Shown here piece after piece: positions 9,577-18,024 of a stretch of DNA of 34,655 nucleotides. The translations under genes and the position numbers were made by a program. Source of the DNA: an archaeon BMS3Abin16 (GTDB lineage Archaea; Hydrothermarchaeota; Hydrothermarchaeia; Hydrothermarchaeales; SZUA-236); contig BDTI01000150.1 of the NCBI GenBank assembly GCA_002923215.1, forward strand, positions 1 to 34,655. The letters run 5' to 3'. Every line of letters begins with the position of its first letter. Within the stretch, counting starts at the first letter, position 1. A model generated the notes under the pieces. That model ran no database searches, was not told where the DNA came from, and saw only the letters and a program-made list of their open reading frames with translations.

Positions 9577-9690
9577 TTATGCTCCGTTGTACATTAGCCA
9601 AAGGATTAGAAGGGCTGCGCCAAGATTTATGAGGATATTTTGGACTGCACTATCTTGAGCTTCCCCTCGCTTCCATAGATGATGACCCAT
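9577..9690 (-). CDS. Small hydrophobic peptide ORF (37 aa), paralog B
   Basis: Not in the ORF track. Translation: MGHHLWKRGEAQDSAVQNILINLGAALLILWLMYNGA. GGTG lies 7 nt upstream of the ATG. The ORF starts 27 nt after the stop of the reductase gene 9718-10971. Confidence 0.45.
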   Translation of the reverse strand: MGHHLWKRGEAQDSAVQNILINLGAALLILWLMYNGA

Positions 9691-9717
9691 ACTCACACAC
9701 CACAGGAGAATTGAGGA

Positions 9718-10971
9718 TTATAGTTTATAAATCTTATTGTTCACCGCTGCCTGGGCGTGAAGATAGATTATCGCCAGGCGTTCAGACGCGTTTGATAAAA
9801 ACTGTTTCAACCGACTCTTATTCCAGGATTCAAGCCGGGATGTGATGTCTTCCTCATCGCCCAGAGCCAGTTTCGACACCTCCCTCGGTGAGATCAGGTT
9901 TCCGCAGAGCCCTGACAGAAGAAGATAGCTTTTTCGGCCGCTGAGATCGCTGATGTCTTCAAGTAGGCTGATGAGCCTGTCAGACTCCCTGAGTATAAGC
10001 CCAAGCCTGCGATCCAGGTTTCGCTGATACCTGCTTAGAGACTCGCCATTTAGTAGGTGCCTTGCCGCAGTTTTCCCAGCCACATCACCGCAGATTATAG
10101 CAGGGAGAAAGCCCTCAACCAGGGGTTTGATATTTTGAGACGCCGCCTCACCTGCGAGGAGCACCGACCCATATTGCCTCCTCAGACTCAACGGCTCAAA
10201 GGACACGGTCCCGCTCTTCTCCAAGACCGGTCTGCCGTCTTTAAGCTGAGCCTTCACACGGGGGAGAGCGACAAAATCCTGAAAGCACTGCCTGAGGTCT
10301 GCATCAGATGCGATTGTACCAACGCCGATGTTCGCCCGATTATCTGAGAGCGGGAAGATGTGGGCGTAGCCGCCGGGCGCGAAATCACCGAAATATAGCT
10401 GATCCAACTCTGGAGACTCAAGGGTAACTCCTTCATATTCGTAGACAACGGCCTGCCCCATCCGGGCATCAGACACCCGCTCACCAAGCGTTTCGAGAAC
10501 ACGGGACCTTGCTCCGTCAGCTCCGATCATGACCTTAAAGTCAACCTCAATTATTTCATCTTTCTTTCTGATCTGCGCCCGTCCGCCGCTCCATGATTTG
10601 TCCAAGGTTGCATCAATAAACTCGGCTGACATAATTAGGTCAGCACCTGAATCGACAGCCCTCTGAGAAAGCCATTTGTCAAAGGCAGATCGGTCTATCG
10701 CATAGCTTGACCAGGGCCCTCCCCTCCGAACATATGAGACTTCGTCCACAATGAATTCAAGACCCTCAATACTATGCTTAAGCAGATTTTTCGGTGTTTT
10801 AAAGGGCAGATAAGGTAGCAGATAGCTACCTATTGCGCCTGAACATGTGATTGGAACACCGATCTCAGGCTTTCGCTCAACAACGATTGTCTTAAGCCCT
10901 GCAGCCCCGCATGCCGCAGCCGCGCTGCAACCGGCCGGCCCTGCTCCAACAACCAAAACATCACATTTCAT
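9718..10971 (-). CDS. Geranylgeranyl reductase family FAD-dependent oxidoreductase (paralog 3)
   Basis: MKCDVLVVGAGPAGCSAA, VPITCSGAIGSY, MIGADGARS and LLAGEAASQ motifs. It aligns along its whole length with paralog 1 (3526-4719). Confidence 0.8.
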   Translation of the reverse strand: MKCDVLVVGAGPAGCSAAAACGAAGLKTIVVERKPEIGVPITCSGAIGSYLLPYLPFKTPKNLLKHSIEGLEFIVDEVSYVRRGGPWSSYAIDRSAFDKWLSQRAVDSGADLIMSAEFIDATLDKSWSGGRAQIRKKDEIIEVDFKVMIGADGARSRVLETLGERVSDARMGQAVVYEYEGVTLESPELDQLYFGDFAPGGYAHIFPLSDNRANIGVGTIASDADLRQCFQDFVALPRVKAQLKDGRPVLEKSGTVSFEPLSLRRQYGSVLLAGEAASQNIKPLVEGFLPAIICGDVAGKTAARHLLNGESLSRYQRNLDRRLGLILRESDRLISLLEDISDLSGRKSYLLLSGLCGNLISPREVSKLALGDEEDITSRLESWNKSRLKQFLSNASERLAIIYLHAQAAVNNKIYKL

Positions 10972-10995
10972 TTCTCTTTGGCATGGACTAAAGGC

Positions 10996-11009
10996 TTATA
11001 AAAATATAT
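10996..11009 (-). promoter_or_regulatory. Candidate TATA box, leaderless-type spacing
   Basis: The minus strand reads ATATATTTTTATAA, with 24 nt between the box and the ATG at 10971. Confidence 0.35.
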
Positions 11010-11113
11010 CCATCGCCCAACAGTTTTTCAACTCCTCCTCTGGCTCTGGTTAAAATATCTGGCCACCCCTTTTACAGATGATGCCTGCGGCCTGCCCCAT
11101 TTTTGGTTAGTGG

Positions 11114-11254
11114 CTAGGGATTGGGGCAGGCTCTGAGGTCTTCAATAGTCCTGTAAGCGTAGGAGTAGATGCAGAGATCCTCGCCGCAACTGCACTCGTG
11201 GAAGCTGCAGGTCATGCAACCCCAGAGATTTGCCTTGAGATTGAGTTTTTTCAT
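11114..11254 (-). CDS. Small cysteine-rich ORF (46 aa)
   Basis: Not in the ORF track. Translation: MKKLNLKANLWGCMTCSFHECSCGEDLCIYSYAYRTIEDLRACPNP (6 Cys). GAGGT lies 8 nt upstream of the ATG. The ORF sits 117 nt downstream of the minD-like gene on the same strand. Confidence 0.35.
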   Translation of the reverse strand: MKKLNLKANLWGCMTCSFHECSCGEDLCIYSYAYRTIEDLRACPNP

Positions 11255-11371
11255 CTTCACAGACCTCAAGAGAGTTTAACTGTCATTGATTAAACCCCAC
11301 ATCTTATTTGAAGAATAGTTCAATTTTATTTAAAAAAACAGTCAACCCCCATCCTGAATAATGAAAAATAT

Positions 11372-12142
11372 CTATCTTCCCAAGATGCTTCCGAATCTGG
11401 TTTTTATCCTGCTAAAGACACCTTCTTCTTCAAACTCCATCTCCCGGCCTATGAGAGATGATGAAAGACGCAGAACTTCCCGTGAAACCCTGGCCGTGTG
11501 GAAGCGTGTGACAAAAGGCACCTCATAGGCAAGGGCGTCTTTAACCTCCTCGGAATCAGGCACAATAGAGATCACATGGGCGTCCAGCGTGCTTTCAATC
11601 TCAGCAACCGAAAGCTCTCTGGGCTTGTCCTCCACACGGTTCACAATCACGCCGATAATCTTTGCGCCCATGCGCTCTGCAAGTATCTTCATCTTCAGTG
11701 CGTCTGAAACCGATGAAACCGTGGGAAGCGTGACAATCAAAACCTCCTGCCCCTCGTCCATAACCATCGCTGCGTCCCGGCCTGCAGGCGCGTCGATAAC
11801 AAGGATCTCAATTTCACTTGGCACTTCTTTAAGCGCGGTTTTAAGCATGTCCATGTTCCGCTCGCTGAACCCGTCCAAAGTTATGCCTGCAGGAATTACT
11901 TTTACACCCTCAGGCCCCTCGTAGAGCACGTCTTCAATGCTGAGCCTGCCGCTGAGAGTGTCGATAAGCGCCACAGGCGGGTTACGAATCCCCATGATGA
12001 TTTCAAGATTTGCCATCACAACGTCGGCGTCAAGTACAGCCACGTTTTTCCCAAGCCTCGCAAGGGAGACGGCGATGTTTGCAGCAAGCGTTGTCTTACC
12101 AACTCCACCCTTGCCGGATGCCACTACAATTGTGCGTGTCAC
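11372..12142 (-). CDS. minD: MinD/ParA-family P-loop ATPase (archaeal MinD-like)
   Basis: Deviant Walker A SGKGGVGKTT, then LDADVVMANLE and a Walker B-like VLVIDAPAG. 4-nt overlap with the upstream pgk gene. Confidence 0.8.
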   Translation of the reverse strand: MTRTIVVASGKGGVGKTTLAANIAVSLARLGKNVAVLDADVVMANLEIIMGIRNPPVALIDTLSGRLSIEDVLYEGPEGVKVIPAGITLDGFSERNMDMLKTALKEVPSEIEILVIDAPAGRDAAMVMDEGQEVLIVTLPTVSSVSDALKMKILAERMGAKIIGVIVNRVEDKPRELSVAEIESTLDAHVISIVPDSEEVKDALAYEVPFVTRFHTARVSREVLRLSSSLIGREMEFEEEGVFSRIKTRFGSILGR

Positions 12143-13380
12143 TGTTCGCCTCCACCCGACTTTTTCATGACCTCAATTCCCGGCAGCGGCTGATCAGAGA
12201 GAAATGAAACAGTGGCCCCGCCGCCTGAACCAATATATGATATCTTGTCTCTGAGCCCTGCCCGTTTTGCAACGGTTGTGAGATGGCCGCCTCCGATAAC
12301 TGAAAGCGACTTTGAATCCGCTATTGACTGTAAAATCGACTCTGTCCCCAAGCCGAAGCCATTTATCTCAAAGACGCCTGCAGGCCCCTTTGCGATGACC
12401 ACGCTTGCATCTTTTATCGCCTTGGAAAATACCTTCATCGTCTCAGCCCCTATGTCCAGCGCCTTTTTATCTGGAAACCCATCAACAGATGCTTCAGACC
12501 TGCCGCCATTGTCTTCAAAGGCAAGGTCAACTGGCAGCTCGATCTGTCCTTTAAACCGCTTCAAAAGCTCCCCGGCCTCAGACACAAGCTCATTGTATCC
12601 CAGGTCTTTTACCATGTCTCTGTTCGCGCTGCCAATGTCTTTTCCAGAGGCCATGAGAAATATTAGCGCAGCAACGCCTGAGAGCAACACCTTGTCTGCG
12701 ACACCCTTTAAAAGCACGTTTTTCGTAATCAAAAAGGAGTCATCTGCCTTGGCTCCGCCTAGGGCAAAGACCTTTGGCGTCTCTTTTGACTTGAGCACCT
12801 TTGTAAGCGCGGTTATCTCTCGCTCCATGCTTGGCCCGATGCAGCAGGGGAGAACCATTGGAAATCCTACAACCGATGGCTGCGCCCTATGTGAAACTGC
12901 AAAGGCGTCGTTAACATAGAAGTCCACATAGCTTGAAAGCCTTCGCACAAGATGGGTCTTGGCCTGCTCGATGGGCGGCCTCCCACATATCCTTTTTGAG
13001 ACTTCTTCAGAGCAGAACCTCATGTTTTCAAGCACTAAAACCTCACCCGGGCTAAGGCTGTCTATCCCTTTTTTCGCGCATGATCCGAAGACATCATCAA
13101 TATAGCTTACCCTGCCCTTAACAAGGCGGTTTAAGACCTCGCTATGCCGCCGCAGGGTTGTGAAATCCCCTTTGCCCGGCCTGGACTGATGGGCAATAAG
13201 AATTACCTTTGAGTCTTTAAGCCGCTCCAGAGTCTGCACATAGCCCTTGATACGGCTGGTGTCCAGTATCTCGCCGCTCATGGGGTCAAGAGGCGAGTTT
13301 ATGTCCGCTCGCAAAAGAACCTTCTTACCTCTGAGATCAAAGTCGTCGAGAGTATGTAGCCCCACTGCCATGCCCCCCAT
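12139..13380 (-). CDS. pgk: Phosphoglycerate kinase (archaeal type)
   Basis: DLRGKKVLLRADINSP, LIAHQSRPGK, NDAFAVSHR, GGAKADD and YIGSGGGA motifs. The alternative start at 13371 (MAVGLH) sits 23 nt from an AAATATTATAA box. Confidence 0.9.
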   Translation of the reverse strand: MGGMAVGLHTLDDFDLRGKKVLLRADINSPLDPMSGEILDTSRIKGYVQTLERLKDSKVILIAHQSRPGKGDFTTLRRHSEVLNRLVKGRVSYIDDVFGSCAKKGIDSLSPGEVLVLENMRFCSEEVSKRICGRPPIEQAKTHLVRRLSSYVDFYVNDAFAVSHRAQPSVVGFPMVLPCCIGPSMEREITALTKVLKSKETPKVFALGGAKADDSFLITKNVLLKGVADKVLLSGVAALIFLMASGKDIGSANRDMVKDLGYNELVSEAGELLKRFKGQIELPVDLAFEDNGGRSEASVDGFPDKKALDIGAETMKVFSKAIKDASVVIAKGPAGVFEINGFGLGTESILQSIADSKSLSVIGGGHLTTVAKRAGLRDKISYIGSGGGATVSFLSDQPLPGIEVMKKSGGGEQ

Positions 13381-13429
13381 CTCGAACTACATCCTTATAA
13401 TATTTATTGAACCCTTTTTCAAGCCTTTT

Positions 13430-13807
13430 TCAGTTGTTTGCCGATATCAGGGATTCCGCTGTTTGCAGAAGCAGGCTGAAATCAACAGGCTTTGTCAGAT
13501 GATGGTCCGCGCCGGCGTATTCACGGCTGCGCTTTTGGTCCGCGGGATCAGATTTCACTGAGAGCATGGAGATTGGAATATCCGCGGTCTTAGGATTGTC
13601 TTTAATCGTTTTCGCAGTCTCCCAGCCATCCATTCCAGGCATCATGATATCCATGAAAATGAGATCTGGCCGTTCTTTTTTCACGATCTCAAGGCATTCC
13701 TCCCCGCTGTATGCCTCCCTCACAGAATACCCGTTCTTTGACAAAACGTTTTTTAAGATAAAGAGGATATCATCTTCATCATCTACGATTAGTATCATTT
13801 TCGGCAT
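13430..13807 (-). CDS. Stand-alone CheY-like response regulator receiver
   Basis: ILIVDDEDD, phospho-acceptor context DLIFMDIMMPGMDG, and a conserved K in HHLTKP. ATG at 13807 has AGGAG 8 nt upstream, so it is preferred over the listed GTG at 13816. Confidence 0.85.
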   Translation of the reverse strand: MPKMILIVDDEDDILFILKNVLSKNGYSVREAYSGEECLEIVKKERPDLIFMDIMMPGMDGWETAKTIKDNPKTADIPISMLSVKSDPADQKRSREYAGADHHLTKPVDFSLLLQTAESLISANN

Positions 13808-13846
13808 TATGGACACTCCTATTGTATTATTTGGGCCTCGGAAGTC

Positions 13847-13854
13847 TTATATAA
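13847..13854. promoter_or_regulatory. Palindromic TATA element in a divergent intergenic region
   Basis: TTATATAA reads the same on both strands. It lies 30 nt before the chorismate mutase ATG (13885) and 39 nt before the response regulator ATG (13807). Confidence 0.35.
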
Positions 13855-13884
13855 TTTCTTTCAAAATAAGTTGAACGTGGTTCT

Positions 13885-14142
13885 ATGGACATGTCAGAAT
13901 TGAGAGCTGAGATCGACAGGATTGACTCTGAGATAATTAGGCTTCTGAAAACCAGGTTTGATGTGGCGCGAGAGATCGGCGAGGCAAAGAAAGGTCTTGA
14001 TCTGGAGGTTGAGGACCTTAGCCGTGACAGACTTGTGCTTGAAAATTACAAAGAAAATGCGGGCAACGAGCTGGATGAAGATTTTATAGAAGAGCTGGTA
14101 TCACTGATTCTGCGATATAGTAAAGAGGTGCAGAAAAAATGA
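13885..14142 (+). CDS. Chorismate mutase (AroQ class)
   Basis: The 85-aa all-helical ORF has LRAEIDRIDSEIIRLLKTRFDVAREIGEAKK, typical of AroQ. It is translationally coupled (ATGA) to prephenate dehydratase. Confidence 0.8.
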   Translation: MDMSELRAEIDRIDSEIIRLLKTRFDVAREIGEAKKGLDLEVEDLSRDRLVLENYKENAGNELDEDFIEELVSLILRYSKEVQKK

Positions 14143-14954
14143 ATCACCGCCTCGCTCTTTTAGGTCCGAAGGGAACTTTTACAGAAGAAGCGGCGCTCAC
14201 GGCTGACCCGGAGGCGGAGAGGATTTATTGTCAAACCATTGAAGAGGTCTTTGAAACCGTTGCAGCGGGCGGCGCTGAAAAGGGGATTGTGCCTGTGGAA
14301 AACTCACTTGAAGGCAGCGTCTTCGCAACACTTGAAAAGCTCCTTTCAACAAATGTTTCCATCTGCCGCGAGGTTGTCCTTGATATCAGCCACTGCCTGA
14401 TGGCTCTCCCAGGAGTCGACGTGAGCGAGATAAAAGAGGTGGTCTCTCATCCGCACGCCCTTGCCCAGTGCAGGAATTTTCTAAAATCCATGCCCGGTGT
14501 TAAGACCCGGAATTTTCCCTCAACTGCGGAGGCTGCAAGGGAGGTTGCGGCCAAAAAGTTACTGTCAACTGCTGCGATTGCACCGCGCATTGCCGCAAAA
14601 ATCTATGGGTTAAACATCCTCCGAGAGGGTGTGCAGGACGAGGAGCACAATCAGACCAGGTTTTTTGTGATCTCAAACAACTGCCCGGAAACAGCGGGGC
14701 ATGTGAAGACCTCTATTGTTTTCGGGCTTAAAGACCGCCCCGGCGCGCTCCATGAGATCCTCGGCTACTTTGCAAAGGCCAAAATCAACCTTACAAAGAT
14801 CGAGTCCAGACCTACGAAAAAAAGCCTGGGCGACTACATATTTTTCATCGATTTCATGGGCGCAGCAGATGATAAGAAGATTGGAAGCCTCCTGGCAACG
14901 CTTGAGAGCCACACATCATATTATAAGGTGCTTGGAAGCTATTCAGTAGGATAG
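14139..14954 (+). CDS. pheA: Prephenate dehydratase with C-terminal ACT domain
   Basis: LGPKGTFTEEAA at the N-terminus, the TRF motif (NQTRFFVI), and ESRP (TKIESRPTKK) in the ACT domain. Confidence 0.85.
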   Translation: MNHRLALLGPKGTFTEEAALTADPEAERIYCQTIEEVFETVAAGGAEKGIVPVENSLEGSVFATLEKLLSTNVSICREVVLDISHCLMALPGVDVSEIKEVVSHPHALAQCRNFLKSMPGVKTRNFPSTAEAAREVAAKKLLSTAAIAPRIAAKIYGLNILREGVQDEEHNQTRFFVISNNCPETAGHVKTSIVFGLKDRPGALHEILGYFAKAKINLTKIESRPTKKSLGDYIFFIDFMGAADDKKIGSLLATLESHTSYYKVLGSYSVG

Positions 14955-14970
14955 GGGGCGGCGTGGAATT

Positions 14971-15513
14971 ATGGTTTTCGGCCGGTTGCTTCGAGGAGAG
15001 GGAAAGGCGCGTTTTAAGTGTGTTTACACTGAGTGCGGGAGCCTGTGCTGCAAAAAGAACCTGGTGGTTTTGAACGAGGATGACGCCGCGGCCTTCGAAA
15101 GACTTGGAATAAACATTGCCGAGGCAACAGTGAACATGGGTCTCAACGAGTTTCTCAGCCTTCTTGGCAGCAGCCAGATAAAGCAGCTTGAGGGTCTCGA
15201 GGTTGTATGTCTTACAAAAGACAGTGATGGCAACTGCGTCTTTCTGAATCTAGAGGAGGGCGGCTGCAAGATCTACGATGATCGCCCCTATTTTTGCAGG
15301 GAGTTTCCCTTCAAATTTTCAAAGGGAGGGATAAAGAAAAAAGACCCTATCTGCCCAGGGCTTGGGCAGGGTGAGGAGATGGATGTTTCAACATTGAAAG
15401 ATGTGCTCGGCCTCAGCAGGCTTGATGTGAAGCCTCCTCTGCTTGTGGGTGATGAGTCGAAGCTCAAGACGTCGAAGGCGCTTATGGGCATGGTCTTTCG
15501 GCTGATGCGATGA
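14971..15513 (+). CDS. YkgJ/UPF0153-family cysteine-cluster protein
   Basis: CVYTECGSLCC (CxxCxxCC-type) and a second cluster GGCKIYDDRPYFCREFPF. Confidence 0.65.
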   Translation: MVFGRLLRGEGKARFKCVYTECGSLCCKKNLVVLNEDDAAAFERLGINIAEATVNMGLNEFLSLLGSSQIKQLEGLEVVCLTKDSDGNCVFLNLEEGGCKIYDDRPYFCREFPFKFSKGGIKKKDPICPGLGQGEEMDVSTLKDVLGLSRLDVKPPLLVGDESKLKTSKALMGMVFRLMR

Positions 15514-16184
15514 TATCTGTTATCATCCCGGTTCTAAATGAGCAGGCCCAGGTTGGAGGTCTTCTGCGCTATCTGACAGATGTGGAGGGGGATTTTGAAA
15601 CTATCGTGGTGGACGGCGGGAGCATGGATAAAACCATAGATGTTGCGAGGGAATATGCCACAGTTATAGCGTCGAAAAGGGGCCGTGCAGTTCAGATGAA
15701 CACCGGCGCAGGCCGGGCAAATGGAGACATTTTACTATTTCTTCATGTAGACTGCCTGCCTGAAAAGGATGCCTTTTCAGAGGTTGAAAGTATTATGAAG
15801 GATTTCAGAGTGGCCGGAGGGGCGTTGAAGTACGATATCGACGATCCTTCGCCCCTATATCGAAATCATATGTTCTGGTCGAATCTTCGCGCCCGGCTCG
15901 CAGGAATCTATCTCGGCGACCACGGCATCTTTGTGAGGAGAACGGTGTTCGACAAGGTAGGGGGATTTCCAGCCCAGCCTCTCATGGAAGATGTGGAGCT
16001 ATGCAAAAAGCTTAAAAAAGAGGGCGGCCTCGTGCAGGCAAAATCAAAGATCACCTCGTCACCCCGGAGATTCAAGCAAAAAGGCTTCACCCGCACCGTG
16101 CTCCAGATGCAGGCGAACAGGCTGCTCTACGCAATAGGAGTCCCGGCCGAAAGACTTGCAAAACACTATGGAGATGTGCGATAG
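15510..16184 (+). CDS. Family 2 glycosyltransferase
   Basis: ISVIIPVLNE, VVDGGSMDKT and LFLHVDC (DxD-like), then PLMEDVEL. ATGA overlap with the YkgJ-like gene. Confidence 0.7.
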   Translation: MISVIIPVLNEQAQVGGLLRYLTDVEGDFETIVVDGGSMDKTIDVAREYATVIASKRGRAVQMNTGAGRANGDILLFLHVDCLPEKDAFSEVESIMKDFRVAGGALKYDIDDPSPLYRNHMFWSNLRARLAGIYLGDHGIFVRRTVFDKVGGFPAQPLMEDVELCKKLKKEGGLVQAKSKITSSPRRFKQKGFTRTVLQMQANRLLYAIGVPAERLAKHYGDVR

Positions 16185-16234
16185 TTACTTCAAAACCCCT
16201 GGGGCGATGAGTGAGAGCCGTGCGCGTCCTATGT

Positions 16235-16999
16235 TTAGCTGGCTTCCCTTTTTGCTTGCCGCCGGATAGCCTCCTCCAGAGTTATCTCACCCTTGACAAC
16301 TGCCTCTGCAAGCTCCTTAGACACAGTTAAATGTCTGCTTTTCTTTCTACTCTCACGCTGCATATTTCGAATCTCCCCCGGAGTTGTTGACACAGTGATT
16401 TTTTCTCGCAGCGGCCTGCCTTTTTTCAAGGCGATTCTTCGGGCTGATAACACGTCTTTTGAAACACCCAGTCTACGGCTCTCAGCCCTGGGACCAGTGG
16501 TTTTTTCCTCTGAGACAATCTCGATTTCACAGCCTAGATTTGCCTGTATGCCTGCGATTATACGGTCCCGATAGACACCACCCGCTGAGCCGATTCTGAC
16601 CACAACCCGCGGAGATTCAAAGCGCAGCATCAAGTCTTTTACAACCCTCCAAACATCTTCCGGCGCGTTCAGGAGGTCTTGAAAGAGTAGGCGCCGATTC
16701 CCGATTGCCGCGATTCCAATGTTTTTTCCTGGGTCGATTCCAATGCTCACAAAGTCGTATTTTTTCACAAGCCCAGATCTGCGTAGAAGTGCCTCTCTCA
16801 CCGCGGCTTGAGCTGACAGGGCTGAAACTACACAGGGAGATTCAATTCTCTCTCTTTCACCTTCGCTTGTTATCACAACATCAACGTTGGGCGGGACCGT
16901 GTCCCCTGGGCTGAGGCTGAGAAAGCTTTCGCCCAAACTGTCAAGCTCTGCCACCGCTTCATGATAGAACCTTGGATTGGATGTTACCAGCGCGAGCAT
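16235..16999 (-). CDS. Conserved hypothetical protein with an RNase H-fold (RuvC/YqgF-like) signature and a basic C-terminal tail
   Basis: 254-aa ORF. FVSIGIDPGKNIGIAAIG resembles the first beta-hairpin and catalytic Asp of RuvC/YqgF-type nucleases. The Arg/Lys-rich C-terminal ~90 aa suggests nucleic-acid binding. Confidence 0.35.
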   Translation of the reverse strand: MLALVTSNPRFYHEAVAELDSLGESFLSLSPGDTVPPNVDVVITSEGERERIESPCVVSALSAQAAVREALLRRSGLVKKYDFVSIGIDPGKNIGIAAIGNRRLLFQDLLNAPEDVWRVVKDLMLRFESPRVVVRIGSAGGVYRDRIIAGIQANLGCEIEIVSEEKTTGPRAESRRLGVSKDVLSARRIALKKGRPLREKITVSTTPGEIRNMQRESRKKSRHLTVSKELAEAVVKGEITLEEAIRRQAKREAS

Positions 17000-17056
17000 A
17001 TCAATAATTATTTAACTTATCAGATTTAAGGTTAGATGTAAGAACTGTGCGGGAGA

Positions 17057-17320
17057 ATGATATTTATGGATGATGTTTCTGAAAAAACAAGGTTTGAAAG
17101 TGTTGCGCGAAGCATTGAAACTGAGATGACGGTGAATGCCGAGCTAATCGAGCTTATCGCGGCAGGCGACTACCTCCTGCAGCTTGTTGACCCAGGGATG
17201 CGCAGGCAGTTTGAAGAGATTCTGCGGGATGCAAGCGGCGTGGAGGATGTGAAAAAGGTAATCGGACTCATCAAGCTTCAGATCGGCCAGCAGGCTGCGA
17301 AAAAGCTCTTCGGACTCTGA
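17057..17320 (+). CDS. Small hypothetical protein
   Basis: 87-aa ORF, predicted helical. GGGAG (17051-17055) is only 1 nt from ATG 17057 but 10 nt from ATG 17066, so 17066 may be the real start. Confidence 0.4.
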   Translation: MIFMDDVSEKTRFESVARSIETEMTVNAELIELIAAGDYLLQLVDPGMRRQFEEILRDASGVEDVKKVIGLIKLQIGQQAAKKLFGL

Positions 17321-17326
17321 GAGGGT

Positions 17327-17962
17327 TCAAAGATATTCGTCGATTTTTGGCTGAGCTATTCTTATCGCGGTCTTCCACCGCCTGCGCACACAACTTGGAA
17401 ATGAACCGTTCTCCTGAAAAAATTGTTTAAGATATTCCTGCGTCCGCGCGTCTGATGAGTATCCGCTCCCGAAATTGCCGTGGATTTTGTGGAGCCTCTG
17501 TATCTCCCGGTCTCTCTCGACCTTTGCAACTATGGATGCCGCTGAAACCACGGGGTAGCGCTCATCAGCCTTATGTTCAACAACCAGCTTCGGCCGCGAC
17601 TCGAGATACTTTAAAATCATAAGTTCAAAGTTTCGGCAGCTCACATCCGCAGCATCAACAAATGAAGTCTTAGGCCGCAAGGTCTCGATGACCGTTGCAT
17701 AACATTCTGCCTCGATTTCATTCAGGCTTTTAGCCGCCATCAAACGGTCAAGATCACACGCACGGAGATAGACAACGTGGGATTTGAAACGTTTTGTAAT
17801 CTCTTTGTAAAGCGCCTCTCTTCGAGCTGGAGAGAGCATCTTTGAATCCTTCACACCCAGCTTTGAAAGCGCGTCAATTTCATCTTCACATGCCATTACA
17901 CCGGCTACCACTAGAGGCCCGATAACAGGCCCCCTGCCCGCCTCGTCAACACCACATATCAT
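17327..17962 (-). CDS. rnhB: Ribonuclease HII
   Basis: GVDEAGRGPVIGPLVVAGV, KDSKML and ASIVAKVERD motifs. Confidence 0.9.
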   Translation of the reverse strand: MICGVDEAGRGPVIGPLVVAGVMACEDEIDALSKLGVKDSKMLSPARREALYKEITKRFKSHVVYLRACDLDRLMAAKSLNEIEAECYATVIETLRPKTSFVDAADVSCRNFELMILKYLESRPKLVVEHKADERYPVVSAASIVAKVERDREIQRLHKIHGNFGSGYSSDARTQEYLKQFFQENGSFPSCVRRRWKTAIRIAQPKIDEYL

Positions 17963-18024
17963 AGGTTCAGCCCAAAACCGCTACGTGAGAAAGCTTTAAT
18001 AATCCCTGGTTAAACTCTTTTGCA

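Noticed and set aside
12212-12919. 235-aa ORF on the plus strand
   Set aside because: It lies entirely antisense to the well-supported pgk gene. It has Ser/Pro/Ala-rich, low-complexity composition typical of shadow ORFs and no RBS.
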